DNA of 64,000 nucleotides. Source: Scenedesmus sp. PABB004. Lineage: Eukaryota. The DNA lies in the NCBI GenBank assembly GCA_014905635.1, contig JABVCE010000031.1:62001-126000 (forward strand), given 5' to 3'. A model generated the notes under the pieces. The model was not told the DNA's origin. It did no database searches and saw only the letters and a list, made by a program, of their open reading frames with translations. Of the stretch, positions 23,605-48,255 are shown one piece after another; the stretch's first letter is position 1, and each line of letters starts with the position of its first letter. The position numbers and the translations under genes are program-made.

Positions 23605-24709
23605 ATGCGGGCGCTCGCGGCGCGCGGCAGCAGCGGAGCGGCGGCTGCGGCGCCGGCGGCGCGGCGCGGCGCCAGGCCGGCAGCGGCCCGCCCCGGCGCC
23701 GCCGCCCGCCCCGAGTGCGCAGCGGCGCCGGTCCGCCCCGGCCGGCGCGCGGCCGCGGCGGGCGCGGCGCCGCCGGCGAGCGCGGCGGCGCCGGGCGCGG
23801 CCGCGGCGGCGGCCGGCGCGCTGCCGGGCGACGTCAAGTGCGTGCTGTTCAGCGCCGAGCAGATCGCCGGCAAGGTGGCCGAGCTCGGCGCGGCCATCGC
23901 GGCGGACCACGCGGGCGTGGAGAACGTGGCCATCATCGGCGTGCTCAACGGCGCGTTCATCTTCACCAGCGGTGCGCCGTGCCGCGCCGCCCCCTGCTGC
24001 TGCAGCGCACCGCCGCGCAGCGCTGCGCCGCCACCCCCTGCTGCAGCGCCGCCGCCGTGCAGCGCCGTGCAGCGCCGTGCGCCGCCGCCGCGCGGGCGCC
24101 GGCAGCGGCGTCGCGCCCCCGCCGCGCGCTCTCACTCTCCCTCACTCTCCCTCGCGCTCTCACTCTCCCTCCTCCCCCACCCGCGCCCTCCCTCTCACAC
24201 GTCCCCACCCTCCCCGCCTCGCCTCGCCCGCCCCGCCCTCCCCGCCCCGCCCGCCCCGCCCCGCCCTCCTCCTCAGACCTCGCGCGCTGTGTGTCGGCGT
24301 ACCTCCCCGACGTGAAGGTCGACTTCCTCCGCGCCTCCAGCTACGGCGCCGCGAGCGAGAGCAGCGGCGCCGTGTCGGTCAAGGGCGCGGGCAGCGCGCT
24401 CGCCAAGTGGGCGGGCTACCACATCGTGCTGGTGCGTTGTGTGGGTGTGTGTTGTGGGTGTGATGTGCGCGCGCATGTGTGCGCTCGTGTGTGTGTGGGG
24501 AGGAGGCCCCTGCTAAACCACCCCTAAACCCCGTAAACCCCCTGAACCCCCCCTCCCGTAGGTCGAGGACATCATCGACACGGGGCACACGCTCGCGCGC
24601 CTGAGCGCGCTGCTCGCCGACGCGGGCGCGCCGAGCGTCAAGGTCGTCGCGCTGCTCGACAAGAAGGGGCGGTGAGGACCACAGCGCGCGGCGCGGCGCG
24701 GCGCGGCGT

Positions 24710-24750
<41 letters not shown>

Positions 24751-25284
24751 GGTGGGGGGGCAGGAGTGGTCGGGGGCAGGAGTGGTCGGGGGCAGTGAGG
24801 CGGCGCGCGCCGAGCAGCCGGCGGCGGTCGCGGTCGCGTGCGCCGCGCCCCCCTGGGCATCAGTGCACACGCGCGCCCCTGACACACCCACCCACCCACC
24901 CACCCACCCACCCACCCACACCCCCCACGCCCACTGGGCAGGCGGCGCGTGGAGTGCTTCCCCGACTATGTCGGCTGGGACTGCCCCAACGAGTTTGTGG
25001 TCGGCTACGGCCTCGACTTCAACGAGCGCTTCAGGCGCGCAGGGGGGCAGGGGGCAGGGGGGGGGGTGCTGAGGGCGTCAGGGCTCCTCGGGAGGCGCCT
25101 TGCGGCGGGCAGGGGGCAGGGGGAACGGGCGGCGGGCGGCAGGCGACGGGCGCGGCGGCGCGCGGCGTGGCGCGCCGACCCGCGGCGCCGCCGCCGCTGC
25201 CGCCGCCGCCGCCGCCGCAGGTGCCTGCCGTACGTGGCGGCGCTCAAGGAGGAGGCCTACAGCTGCGCGCTCGACGGCCACTGA
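23605..25284 (+). CDS. HPT: Hypoxanthine-guanine phosphoribosyltransferase, 5 exons
   Basis: [39 protein letters not shown] (PRPP-binding motif), [24 protein letters not shown] donor at 25035. Confidence 0.95.
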
Positions 25285-25682
25285 GCCCCCGCGGCGCGCG
25301 CGCCCGTGGCGGGCGCTGAGCTGAGCGGCGGGCTCGAGGCCCGCTGGGTGAATCTGTATCATACATGAATCAGCGTCGGGTGATTACGAACGAATTGACT
25401 GACTCGGCAGGCGCGCGCGCGCACACGCGCGCGCAGCGGCGGCGGCTCAGAACGACTGCAACCGCGGCGCCGCGCCCGACCGAGCCGCCCCGCGCCTCTC
25501 CCTCCGCGCTCCCGCTCTCGCTCGCTCTCCGCGCCGCTCCGCTCGCGCACGCTGCCACCGCTGCCGGGCGCGCCGCCCCAGCTGGGCAGCGACGCCGCCG
25601 CTGGCCCCCGCGCCCACGGGTTCAGCGCCCTGAACCCCTCAGCACCAGGTCTCAGGGCTCAGGGCTCAGGGTTTAGGGCTGC

Positions 25683-26864
<1,182 letters not shown>

Positions 26865-27263
26865 TCACGAACAGGCGGGCGTGAGGCCGCCACGAGCAGC
26901 GCGCGGCGCGCTGTCGCGCCACAGAGATGGCGGGCGGCGTGCGGCTGCTGAAGGCGGCGGCTGGACGCGGGCGTGGTCGCGGCAGCGTTGGGGTGATCAG
27001 GGGCGTCGAACCGAACCACAGTCGAACCCAGTCGCCGCGCGCAGGGCACAGCGCGACAGCACCTCGACGCGCTGCGCAGCGCCCGGCCAGTCGGCACGCC
27101 GCGGACAGGCCCCGGCAGCACACCCGTGCGTGACGAGCATCGGCCGCACCCGCTGCGCGCCCCAGCAGCGCGCTGGCAGGCCATCTCGCGCGCGCGAGCG
27201 CCGCAGAGCGCGCGCGGCGGCCATGACGGCCTGAGCGAGCGCCCAGACATCGCCCCCGGTGCC

Positions 27264-38827
<11,564 letters not shown>

Positions 38828-39307
38828 CGGCCCGCGCGGCGCGCGGCGCGGCGCGGCGGGGCGCGGCGCGCAGCGGCAACTCGTCGGCGCGCTGTGCGTC
38901 CCGGTCGCGGTCGCCCGGCAGCAGCACCGCGCGGCCCGCAGAGCAGCGGCAGGAGGACCGCTTTCGGGGGCACGTCACCCGGCAGCGGCGGCGGTGCAAG
39001 GAGGGGTCCCACGTGCCCGCTCCCCTTCCCCGTCCTGCACACAGCGACCGCAGCGCGCCCGTCAGCGCACGCATCGTTGCGGCATCAGCGCAACCAGGCA
39101 GGGCAGCAGCAGCAGCAGCAGCAGCAGCGCGGACTTTGCCCCCGTCCCGCGCCGCAGAGGACGCGCGCCGCTTCGCCCGTGGCTCCGCTGTCTCCCGGAG
39201 GCTCTCCCCCAGCTCACCCCTCAGCGACGCGAGCGAGCCGGGCGGGCAGGGCCGGAGCAGCAGCGGCGGCGGGCGGCCGCGGAGCAGCAGCGGCGGGGGC
39301 GGGTGGC

Positions 39308-39733
39308 ATGGCGCCCAAGAAGCGCAGCGGCGCCGCCGCGGCGCATGCCGGCGGCAGCGACGCCAGCGACGACGACGACGCCGCGGTGGCGGCGGCGGCG
39401 GCCGCGGCCAAGACCAAGACGCTTGTGCTGCAGACGAGCGCCGTCGTCGCCGCGGCGGCCGTGGCCGCCTATTTTGAGGTGCGCATGCGTTGCGGCCGCG
39501 CCAGCTGGCGCGCTCGCGCCGCCCGCGGCAGCTCAGCGCCCCGCGCGGCGCGCTGGCCGCCGCGCGCCCAGCGCGCCAGCCCGCGCCGCCGGCCCCCGCG
39601 CCGCCGGCCGCTGCCGACGCCCACTCGCCCGCCCGCGCGCGCGCGCGCACATACACACACGCAGGTGATAGGCCACCAGTTTGCGCTGGGCATCATTGTG
39701 CTGATGTACCTCACGCTGCGCCTCTTCGGCTGA
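39308..39733 (+). CDS. Small two-TM membrane protein of unknown function, 2 exons
   Basis: MAPKKRSG..LVLQTSAVVAAAAVAAYFE|VIGHQFALGIIVLMYLTLRLFG* with a clean GT-AG intron at 39479-39664. Confidence 0.6.
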   Translation: MAPKKRSGAAAAHAGGSDASDDDDAAVAAAAAAAKTKTLVLQTSAVVAAAAVAAYFEVRMRCGRASWRARAARGSSAPRAARWPPRAQRASPRRRPPRRRPLPTPTRPPARARAHTHTQVIGHQFALGIIVLMYLTLRLFG

Positions 39734-39913
39734 CAGGCAGCAGGCAGGCCAGGCCAGGGCAGACAGCAGGCAGACGCCCGGCGGGCGAGCACGCGGCGCT
39801 GGAGCGGAGCGCCGACCGACCGGCGCGGCGCGCGGCGGCCGTGCGGGGCGCGCGCGCGGCGCGGGGTCGGGCCGGGCGCCGCCGCGGAGGCGCGCGGCGC
39901 GTGTTACGGACGG

Positions 39914-42338
39914 TCACGGCTCCACGCACACGCGCACGGTCCCCAGCGTCGGGTCGGCCGCGCCCGTGACGGCGCCGCCGGCGGCGAGCGTCGCCGCGAG
40001 CGCGTCGACCGCGCCGGGCGTCAGCCGCTCGCCGGGGAACGCGAGCGGCACGCCCGGCGGGTAGGGGCACAGCAGCTCGCCGCTCACCCGCCCCGCCGCG
40101 GCCGCGAGCGGCACCGCCTCGGTCTGCGCAAAGAACGCCGCGCGCGGCGACAGCGCCGGCGGCGGCGGGCGGTCGCGCTGCTGCTGCTGCACCGGCGGCG
40201 CCGGCGGCTGCGCCGGCGGCGGCAGCGGCGCCGGCCCGGCGGCTGCGCAGAGGTCGGCGAAGCCCCGCAGCAGCGCGTCCGCGTCCGCCATCACGCTGCC
40301 GGGGCCGACGACCAGCACCACCAGCTGCGCCGGGGGCGGGCGGCGTCAGCCGGCCGGCCGGCGCGCGGCCCGAGCCAGGCCCGGGATCCGTCCAGCGCGG
40401 CGCGCGCGCGCGCCGCGCTGGCTCGGCTCATCCGCACACCTGCGCCGTCGCGAGCTCGGGGACCACGCCGTGCCGCGTCTCGAGCGCCTCGGCGGCGGCG
40501 TAGCCGGTCAACCCCAGCCCCGACACGTTGACCACGACCCGCAGCGGGTCAAACCCCGCGACCGAGGCGTCGCTCGCGCAGGCGCCCGCCTGCAGCAGCG
40601 CGAGGCCGGGCAGGCGGGCGAGGCCCGCGCGCGCGGCCGCGGCGACCGCGAGCGGCGCGTCCCACGCGCCCGGGCGCGCCGCGTGCGCGCGCGCGGCGTC
40701 CAGCGAGGCCAGCAGCAGGTAGCTGGGGGACGACGTCTGCAGCACCTGAGCGGATCCGGCGACGGTGCGGGCGGGCGCGCTGCTGGGCGCACGGGCGGCG
40801 CGCGGCACGGCGCTGCGGGCCGGGCCCGCGGGTGGCCGGGCCCGCCGCGCGCGCACCTGCAGCGCGCGGCTGACGCGCTCGTGGCGCACGCGCGGCCCCT
40901 GGACGTGCAGCATGGCGGCCTGGGTCATCGCTGTGAGCACCTTGTGGCTCGACTGCAGCACCACGTCCGCGCCGCCCGCCAGCGCGCCCAGCGGCGCGCT
41001 GCCACCGCCGCCGCCATTGCCGCCGCCGCCGCCGCCGCCGCCATTGCTGCTGTCGCTGCTGCCACTGCTGCCGCTGCTGCTGGCGCGGGCGCTCGCTGGC
41101 AGGAAGCTGAGGTGCCCGCCATGCGCCTCATCCACCAGCAGCGGCACGCCGCGCGCGTGGCAGACCGCCGCGAGCTCTGCGGCAGCGCGCGGCGCCGCGG
41201 CGGCAGCCTGGCGGGCTCAGCGCTGCGCGTGCGCGAGCGCGCGCGCGGGCGGGGGCGGGGCGCCGCCGCGCTGCCGCGCTGCCGCGCTGCCGCGCTGCCG
41301 CGCTGCCGTGCTGCCGCGCACCTGGCACGCGCGCGACCGCGCCGTAGTATGTGGGCGACACGACCAGCGCCGCGCCGACGACGAGGCCCCGCTCCGCCGC
41401 GGCGTCAAAGCCGGCGGCGATCTCGGCGGGGACGACGCCGTGCGCGACGCCGTGCGCGGCGTCCGTCTCGGGCGCGAGCCACACCGGCTCCGCGCCGGCG
41501 AGCACGCACGCGGCAAACGCGGAGAGGTGGCAGTTGCGCGGCAGCAGCAGCGCCTGCCCCGGCGACAGCGTCGCGAGCACCGCCGCGTGCACGCCCGCGC
41601 TGCAGCCGTTAACGAGCAGCCACGTCGCGTCGGCGCCAAACGCGGCCGCCGCCTCGGCCTGCGCCGCGGCGATCACACCGGAGGGGCTGGACAGGAAGTC
41701 GAGGCCTGGAGGCCCCCCGCGGGAGGGGGGGGGGTGGCGGGCGGCGGAGTGCAGGTGAGAGTGCGCGCGCAGCTGCGGTGCCGCCGGCAGCCACGCCCCA
41801 CACCCGCGCCGCCGCTGCCGCCGCCATCGCCGCCGCCGTCGCCGCCGCGGCCGCACCCGCGAGCTCGGTGAGGTCGTGCCGCAGCGCGTTGCCGCCGCCG
41901 CCGTCGGCGCCGTCCGGCGGCGCCAGCAGCCGGCGCATGCCCGGGTCCAGCGCGCGGCCGCGCTGGTGGAGGCAGAGAGAGCAGCACCAGCGGCAGGCGG
42001 TGAGGGGGAGGCCGCTGCCGCCGGCGCGGGCGCCGGCGCCGCGGCCGTCGCCGCTGGCTGCAGCAGTCGCGGGCAGCTGCAGCCGGCCGCGCCGCGCGGC
42101 GCACGCGCGCCGGCGAGGCGCTGCAGGCATCGCGTCAGCTCGCTCCCCGACCGCGCTGGCGCACCTTGTGTCCCGGCACGTGGAAGGGCGCCTCCGTCGC
42201 GCGGGCGCCGCGCTCGTGCACAGCGTCCAGCAGCGGTGTCGCGTGCGGCTGCTGCGCGCGCCGGCGCGCAGCAGCCACAGCACGTGGCGCTGTGGGTAGC
42301 TGCACGCGTGCGCCGTGCGCCTGGCCGGCGAGCGCCAT
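39914..42338 (-). CDS. Fold-type I PLP-dependent Orn/Lys/Arg decarboxylase (bacterial-type, no wing domain), 6 exons
   Basis: TPLLDA..PFHVPGHK|RG, DLTELA|GLD, FGADATWLLVNGCS, PRNCHLS, SPTYYG, VDEAHG, QSSHK (PLP-binding Lys), QTSSPSYLLLASLD, FDPLR, PYPPGVP..PGE. Confidence 0.92.
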
Positions 42339-42541
42339 CGAGCGCGCGGGCGCCGCTGCGCGGCAGCTCGCGGCGGCGGGGACTGTCGCCGGGGCGCGGC
42401 CGGCCGCTGGCGGGCTCCTGCGCGGCGGCTGGGGGAGCGGGACTGGCCGCGAGGGCGAGCACGCAACGTTGGGGTTGCAACGCGCAAAAGAACACGCCGA
42501 CGACGGCCGTCACGCCAACCGAACGCGCGCTGCTCTGCGTC

Positions 42542-43883
42542 TCAGTTGTTGCCCTGGATCTCCTGCAGCAGGCGCAGCAGGTAGAGGAACAGGTTGACCA
42601 CGTCCTGCGAGCAGCGGGGGCCGAGCAGCAGGGGCAGCGGGGCTGCGCATGAGCGCGGGCGAGCGCCCGCGGCCGAGCGCGCCGCCGCGTGCCCCGTCGG
42701 CGGCGCCCCCGTCGCGCCCGCCCCGGCGCCGTCCGCCCACAGGCCCCGGCCCCAGCCCCAGCCCCCAGGTGCGGCGGCTCGAGCTCACGAGGTAGATGTT
42801 GATGGCCGCCATCACGTACTCGTCGGGAGAGATCGCCGCGCTGCCGGAGCCCATCATCAGCTGTGCGCGGCGGCCGCGGCCCGGCGGCGGCGGCGGCGGC
42901 GGGGGTGAGGCGCGGGGCCCAGCCCCGCCCCGCCCCGCCCCGCGCGGCGGGCGGCGTCTGCCCCGGCTGCGGCTGCGGCGGCGGCGCGCCTGGACGTCAA
43001 AGACGATATAGACCGCAAACACCGCGGCGCCGGCGGCCGCGACCGCGATGCTGAGCGTGCGGGAGGGCATGAGCATGGACAGCAGCCCCGCGCCCAGCAG
43101 CGTGAGCAGGAGGGAGAACATGATGCCGCCCGACGCGGTGAAGTCGCGCCGCGTGGTCATCGCGTACGCGCTCAGGCAGCACGTCACGCCCGCGGTCAGC
43201 CTGCGGCGCGGCGGACCGGGCCGCGGCTGACGCCCCCGCCAGGGCGCCGGCGGCAGCGCACAAGCAACGGCCGCCGTCGGCGGCGGCGCGCGCTCCTCCG
43301 CGGCGTCGCCGCCGCGCGCGCGGCGTCTCTCACCCCGCGGCCATGAGCACGACGTCTGTGTCGTACATGGAGCTGATGGTCGCGACGAGCACGCCCTCGC
43401 ACGCGGTGAATGCAAAGAGGGCGACCAGGTTCCACGGGTGCGCGCGCCGCGCCGCCTCGACGCAGCTCAGCACGCCCACGAGCACCAGCGACGCGGCGAA
43501 GGCCACCCAGAACGTCCTGGCGGCCGGCGCGGCGCGGGCGCGGCCGCGTCAGCAGAGAGCGCGTCAGCGGCGGAGCGCGCGACGCGCGCGCTGGCTGCGC
43601 GGCGCGCGCGGCGGCGAGTCAGGCCAACCGGGCGGCGGCGGCGTGGCGTCAGTCAGGCGCACCAGGGGTTGTGGTACACAAAGCCCTTGAGGCCGGGGTT
43701 CAAGATGACGCCCGCGGTCATGGCGGCGGTGATGGCGAGCTGCACGCTGAGCAGGCCGAAGACCTTTCGCACAAACCCGAGGCGCACCTCGCGCTCCGCA
43801 AACTCGAGCGAGGGGCCGCTCTTGTCGAAGAGGGAGCCCATGAGCCCCGACTCCTCGTCGGCGGGGGCGTAGGCGTACGCCAT
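42542..43883 (-). CDS. Bax inhibitor-1 / lifeguard (TMBIM) family protein, 5 exons
   Basis: VRLGFVRKVFGLLSVQLAIT, HPWNLVALFAFT, RRDFT, YIVFDVQ|LMMG (GC donor 42989), SPDEYVMAAINIYL|DVVNLFLYLL. Confidence 0.93.
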
Positions 43884-44529
43884 CACGGCGCGGGGTGCCG
43901 CGCTCCGCTGCGGCGGCACAGCGGGGCAGCGGGACGGCGGCCGGGCGGCGTCAAGCGGCGGCCGCCTGCCCCCGCCGCTGCTGGGACGCCGCCGCCGAGG
44001 TCTGGCCTGCGCGCTGGTCGCTGCCGCCCGGCCCCAGCGCGGCGCCCGCTCGGGGCATCGGGGCTGGCATGCACTTCTGCTGCTCCCGGTCCCGGCGCGC
44101 GTGCGCGGGTGCCGCATGGGCTCCGCTAGCTCGGTGCAGAGCAGCCCCCGGGAACCCTCGAGCGACCGGCGTGGCGCGAGCGCCGCGGGCCGCGCCAGGC
44201 GCGCACAACGCTGTCCTCGAGCAGCGCACCTGGCGAGGGCGCTGCGAGGGCGCGATCAGGGGCGACTCCGCCCGAATCACACGCGAAGCTGCTGCGTGGG
44301 CCGCGGCGGCAGGCCGGCGGCAGGCGGCGGCGGTGGCAGCAGGCGCCGGTGCTGTTGCGCGCGTGCGTGAGGTGCTGCGGGCAGCGGCACGATGAGGAGC
44401 GCAGGCGGTGACCAGCTTGTGCTGCGGCGCACTCGCTGCAGCAGGCAGCACGCGCACAGGCGCCGCGCCGCTGAACCGCGGCCCCTGACGGTCAGCGCCG
44501 CGAATCGATGACGCTCTGCCGCCTCCGCC

Positions 44530-45468
44530 TCAGCCGCCCTCGCCGCCGCCGCTGCTGCTGCCGCCGGCGTCGCTGCCCGGGTCGCCGCCCAGCGGCAGCG
44601 TGTGCGACTCGGTGAGCTGCGCACGCAGGCCGCCGCGCAGCCGGCTGAAGCCGTGGCGCCAGCGCGAGTCGCTGTGCCCGAAGATGTGCCTGGTCCAAGC
44701 GAACAGGCGACCGGGGTCAGGGTCGGCCGGCCGGGCTGGCTGAGCCCTCTCGAGCGGGCCGGGGAGCGCCCGAGCCCGCCGCGCCGCCGCCGCCGCCGCC
44801 GCGGCTCACCGGTTGAGGCGCGCAAACACGGGGCCGTGCCCCGAACCGTACAACTCCGGGGAGTCGCGCGACGCGGGGCAGAGGGATTCCACGATGCAGT
44901 GCACCATCTCGTGCCCCAGCGCGTGCGCGAGCCACTCCAGCCGGCTGCGCACGTAATAGCCGTCGGCCTGCGTCGGCGCGGCCAGGCTCGGCGCCGGGCC
45001 GTCGAGCAGGGGGCTGCGCGAGAAGACAACGATGGTGTTGGAGGCCGGCTCGTAGCCGGCGACGGCGTTTGAGCACGCCGCCGCCGACAGCCCCGGCGCG
45101 GCGGCGCTCGGCAGCGCGCCGCGCACGGCGTAGCCCGGCCGGCCGCAGGCGGCGGCAAAGGTGCCGTCAAAGAAGGCGCTGTCGATTGCGCCCGCCAGCG
45201 CCGACAGCCGCCGCGGCGTGAGGTCGGCGGCGGTAAAGTCGGGGCGCCAGCCGCCGCCCGCGGGCGTCGCGGCGGCCGCGAGCGCGCGGCGCCAGCGCAC
45301 GCGCGCCGCGAGGCCCGCCGCGTGGCTCGGCGTCTTGCGCCAGGCCATGCGCCGGCAAAACTCGGGCTGCTCCGGCGCGCCGGCGGCGCGGCAGGCGCCG
45401 CCGGCCGGCGGGTCCGGCAGCCGCACCGCCGGCGCCGCGGCCGCCGGTCGGCTGGGCGCGCCGCCCAT
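44530..45468 (-). CDS. SprT-like zinc metalloprotease, 2 exons
   Basis: AIDSAFFDG, LGHEMVH (HExxH), GHGPVFARLNR|HIFGH. Start and stop codons are inferred. Confidence 0.65.
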
Positions 45469-46075
45469 GCCCAGGCCAGCAGCCGGGTTGGCCCGCGACG
45501 GCCAGCCCGGCGGCTGCTGGCGGCAGGGCCCGGGGTCGTGCAGGGGGGACCAGAGCTCCCGGCGCAGCTGCCCGGCGCCGGCGGCGTCGCTCGCGGCCAA
45601 GGCGCTCCGGCGGGAGCGGCGGCAGCGGCAGTGGCGGCGGGCGCCGGCTGGGGCGCTCGGCTTTTCGGTGCGACTTTGCGGATGCTGCCGACGTCGGGGA
45701 TGTGCCGCGCGGCCGCCCTGGCCGCCCTGCATCTCTGTTGGCACTCGCGTCGCGCGCCGCCATCAAGACCCTGCGCCGCCGCAGGCCCTCACGGGCCGCG
45801 CCCGCCGTGAGCGCTCTTGCCGGGCTTGACCAGCGCGTCGGTGCCGTCTGACTCGCCATCACGGCCCGCCTCGCGTACAGCAGCAGCAGCGCGCGCTGCC
45901 GCTCACCCGGGCGCCCCGCCGCGCCAGGGCCACGTCCCGCCCAGCTCGCTCGCGCCGACACCGCGCGGACCGCGGCCAGACCGCCGCGCCACCGCGCCAG
46001 CGGCCCCGACGCCGGCGGCGCCGGCGCACCCGCGCGCGCAGCGCTGCTGCTGCCGCTGCGGCGGGGCGGCGCGCG

Positions 46076-47733
46076 ATGTCGGACGGCGCGCTGCAGCAGC
46101 TGCGGGAGGACGCGCTGACCATGCTGGTGCTGTGGGCCACCACGCAGGAGTACAGCGCGGTGCGATCCGCGCCCGCCGTGCCGCGCGCTGCCCAACCGCG
46201 TGTGCGCGCGCGCCCCCACAGGCACCCGCGCCGCGGCGCCCACGCCGCGCCCGTGCCCGCGCCCGCGCGTGCTTGCAGGACATTGAGGCGCTGCTGAAGC
46301 AGTGGGCCGGGACGTTTGAGATCCCCGACGATGACCTCATGGCCCGCCTCACAGCGGCGACCGGCGGCGCGCTGCACCGCCCGCCCGACAGGTGACTGCG
46401 CCGCGCGCGCGTGAATGCGCGCGCGCGTGTGCATATGTGCGTGTGTGCGTGTGTGAGAGGGACAGCGTGAGAGAAGGGGCTGGCATGCGCACGCGTCGCC
46501 CGACCGGCCGCCGCCGCCGCCGCCGCCGCCGCAGCCGCACGGGGCTGGGGCACTCGCTGGAGCTGCAGGCCGTCACGCCGACGGCGGGCGCCGGCGGCGG
46601 GGGGCCGTTTGCGCCCAGCGGCAGCAAGCGGCCGCTGGACGGCGGCGGCGGCGGCGGCGGGGGCGGCAAGCGCACCAAGGTGCGGCCCTGAGCGCCGCGC
46701 GCCGCTGCGCCCGGCGGGGACAGCGCTCGGCGCCGACCCGCCGACCCGCCGCGCCGCGCAGACCATGCCGGTGCTGGCCGACGGCGACCTGCCGTTTGCA
46801 AACATCGGCCCCGCGCTCGGACACAAGGTGCGCGCGACCCGGGGCGCGCGCCCTGCCGCGCCGCTCCTGCGCACCCCTCGGCCACCTCCTCCCCCACACG
46901 CGCCCTCCTCCACGCGCCCTCCCGCACGCGCCCACGCTCGCGCCCACGCACACGCCCACACACCCGCCCCCGGCCGCCGCCGCCGCCGCCGTTTCACCAC
47001 CGTGCGCCCGCCAGGTGCTGCGCTACTGGCCGAAGGACGCCGCGCGCAACAAGGGCGACCCCTGGTTCACCGCTGTCGTCACCGACTATGACGAGGCGAC
47101 CGGCGTGCACATCCTGACGTACCAGTTTGGCACGCAGCGCGAGGAGAAGGAGCGCGTGAGCCTCGGGCACAAGACGCACGACGAGCTCAAGGCGAGCCTC
47201 GGGCAGGGGCAGGAGGGGCGCGTGCTCCCTCTCCCTCCTCTCTGCCTGCCCCCTCTCCCGTCCCTCTCTCCCGCACCCACCCACGCCCACACCCGCCCTC
47301 TCACCGCCGTCCACGCCCGCGCCCCGTCCCCCCCACCACAAACACACACACGCACGCACACACCCGCACAGTTTACGGGCGAGAGCGTCGACCTGCTCGA
47401 CTGGTTCAGCGACCCCAAGAAGCGCCGGCGCTCGAGCGCGGTCGAGAAGAGCACCTACCTGCGCCGCCAGTACCAGGTGCGCGTGTGGGGGCGGTGCGTT
47501 TGGGGCGGCGAGGGCTGCAAGAGCCTGCGGCTGGCTGGCTGGCGCGTGCGTTGACCGGCCGCGCGTAGACCTGACCGGCCGCAGCGTTGACCGACACCGC
47601 GCGCCCGCCGCCGCCGCCGCCGGGCCGCAAGGCGATCCACGGCGCGACGCTGCCGCCGGGCATGCCGCGCCCCAAGAGCGGCAAGGGCAAGGCGCACTCA
47701 AACTCGGCGCTCAGCTCGGGCTATTCGTTGTAG
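46076..47733 (+). CDS. EMSY-like chromatin reader (ENT-like N-terminus plus plant Tudor/Agenet-like domain)
   Basis: LQQLREDA..IEALLKQW..FEIPDD and LGHK|VLRYWP..WFTAVVTDYDEATGVHILTYQFGT. GC donor at 47192. The last exon needs a 1-nt correction near 47452. Confidence 0.55.
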
Positions 47734-48255
47734 GGCAGAAGGGCCGAGCCGAGGCCGAGCCGAGGCTGAGGCCGAGCCGAGCCGGGCGGGCGCGGGGCAG
47801 CGCAGCGGCGCGCGCGGGGCGAGAGGGAGGCAGCAGCGGGCGCAGGAGCAGCAGGAGCAGCAGGCCAGGGGCGGTGGCCGGGCCGGGGGGCGCGGGCGGA
47901 GCTGGCGGGGGCGGGAGGGCGCAGGCAGCGGGGACGGGCCGGCGGGCACGCCGGCGGGGGCGCTGGCACTGCCGCAGCGTGCGGCAGCGGCGGCGGGCGG
48001 GCGGACGGCTTGGGCTGTACAGAGGCGCGCAGCCGCGGATCGGTGGGGGTCGCAGCCGCCCAGCGGCGCGCGTGCGGCGCGCGGCGCGGCGGACGAGGCG
48101 GGCGGCGCGGCGGCGGTGAGCGCGTGGCAGCGCGTCCGCCGGGGAGCGCCCCGCGCGCGGCGGGCGGGGCGGGCGGGCGCCGCGCGGGCGGCGCCTCGGT
48201 TACCCTCCTCGCCGCCGCCGGCGCGCGCGACCCAGCGCAGCGCAGCGGCCCCTCC

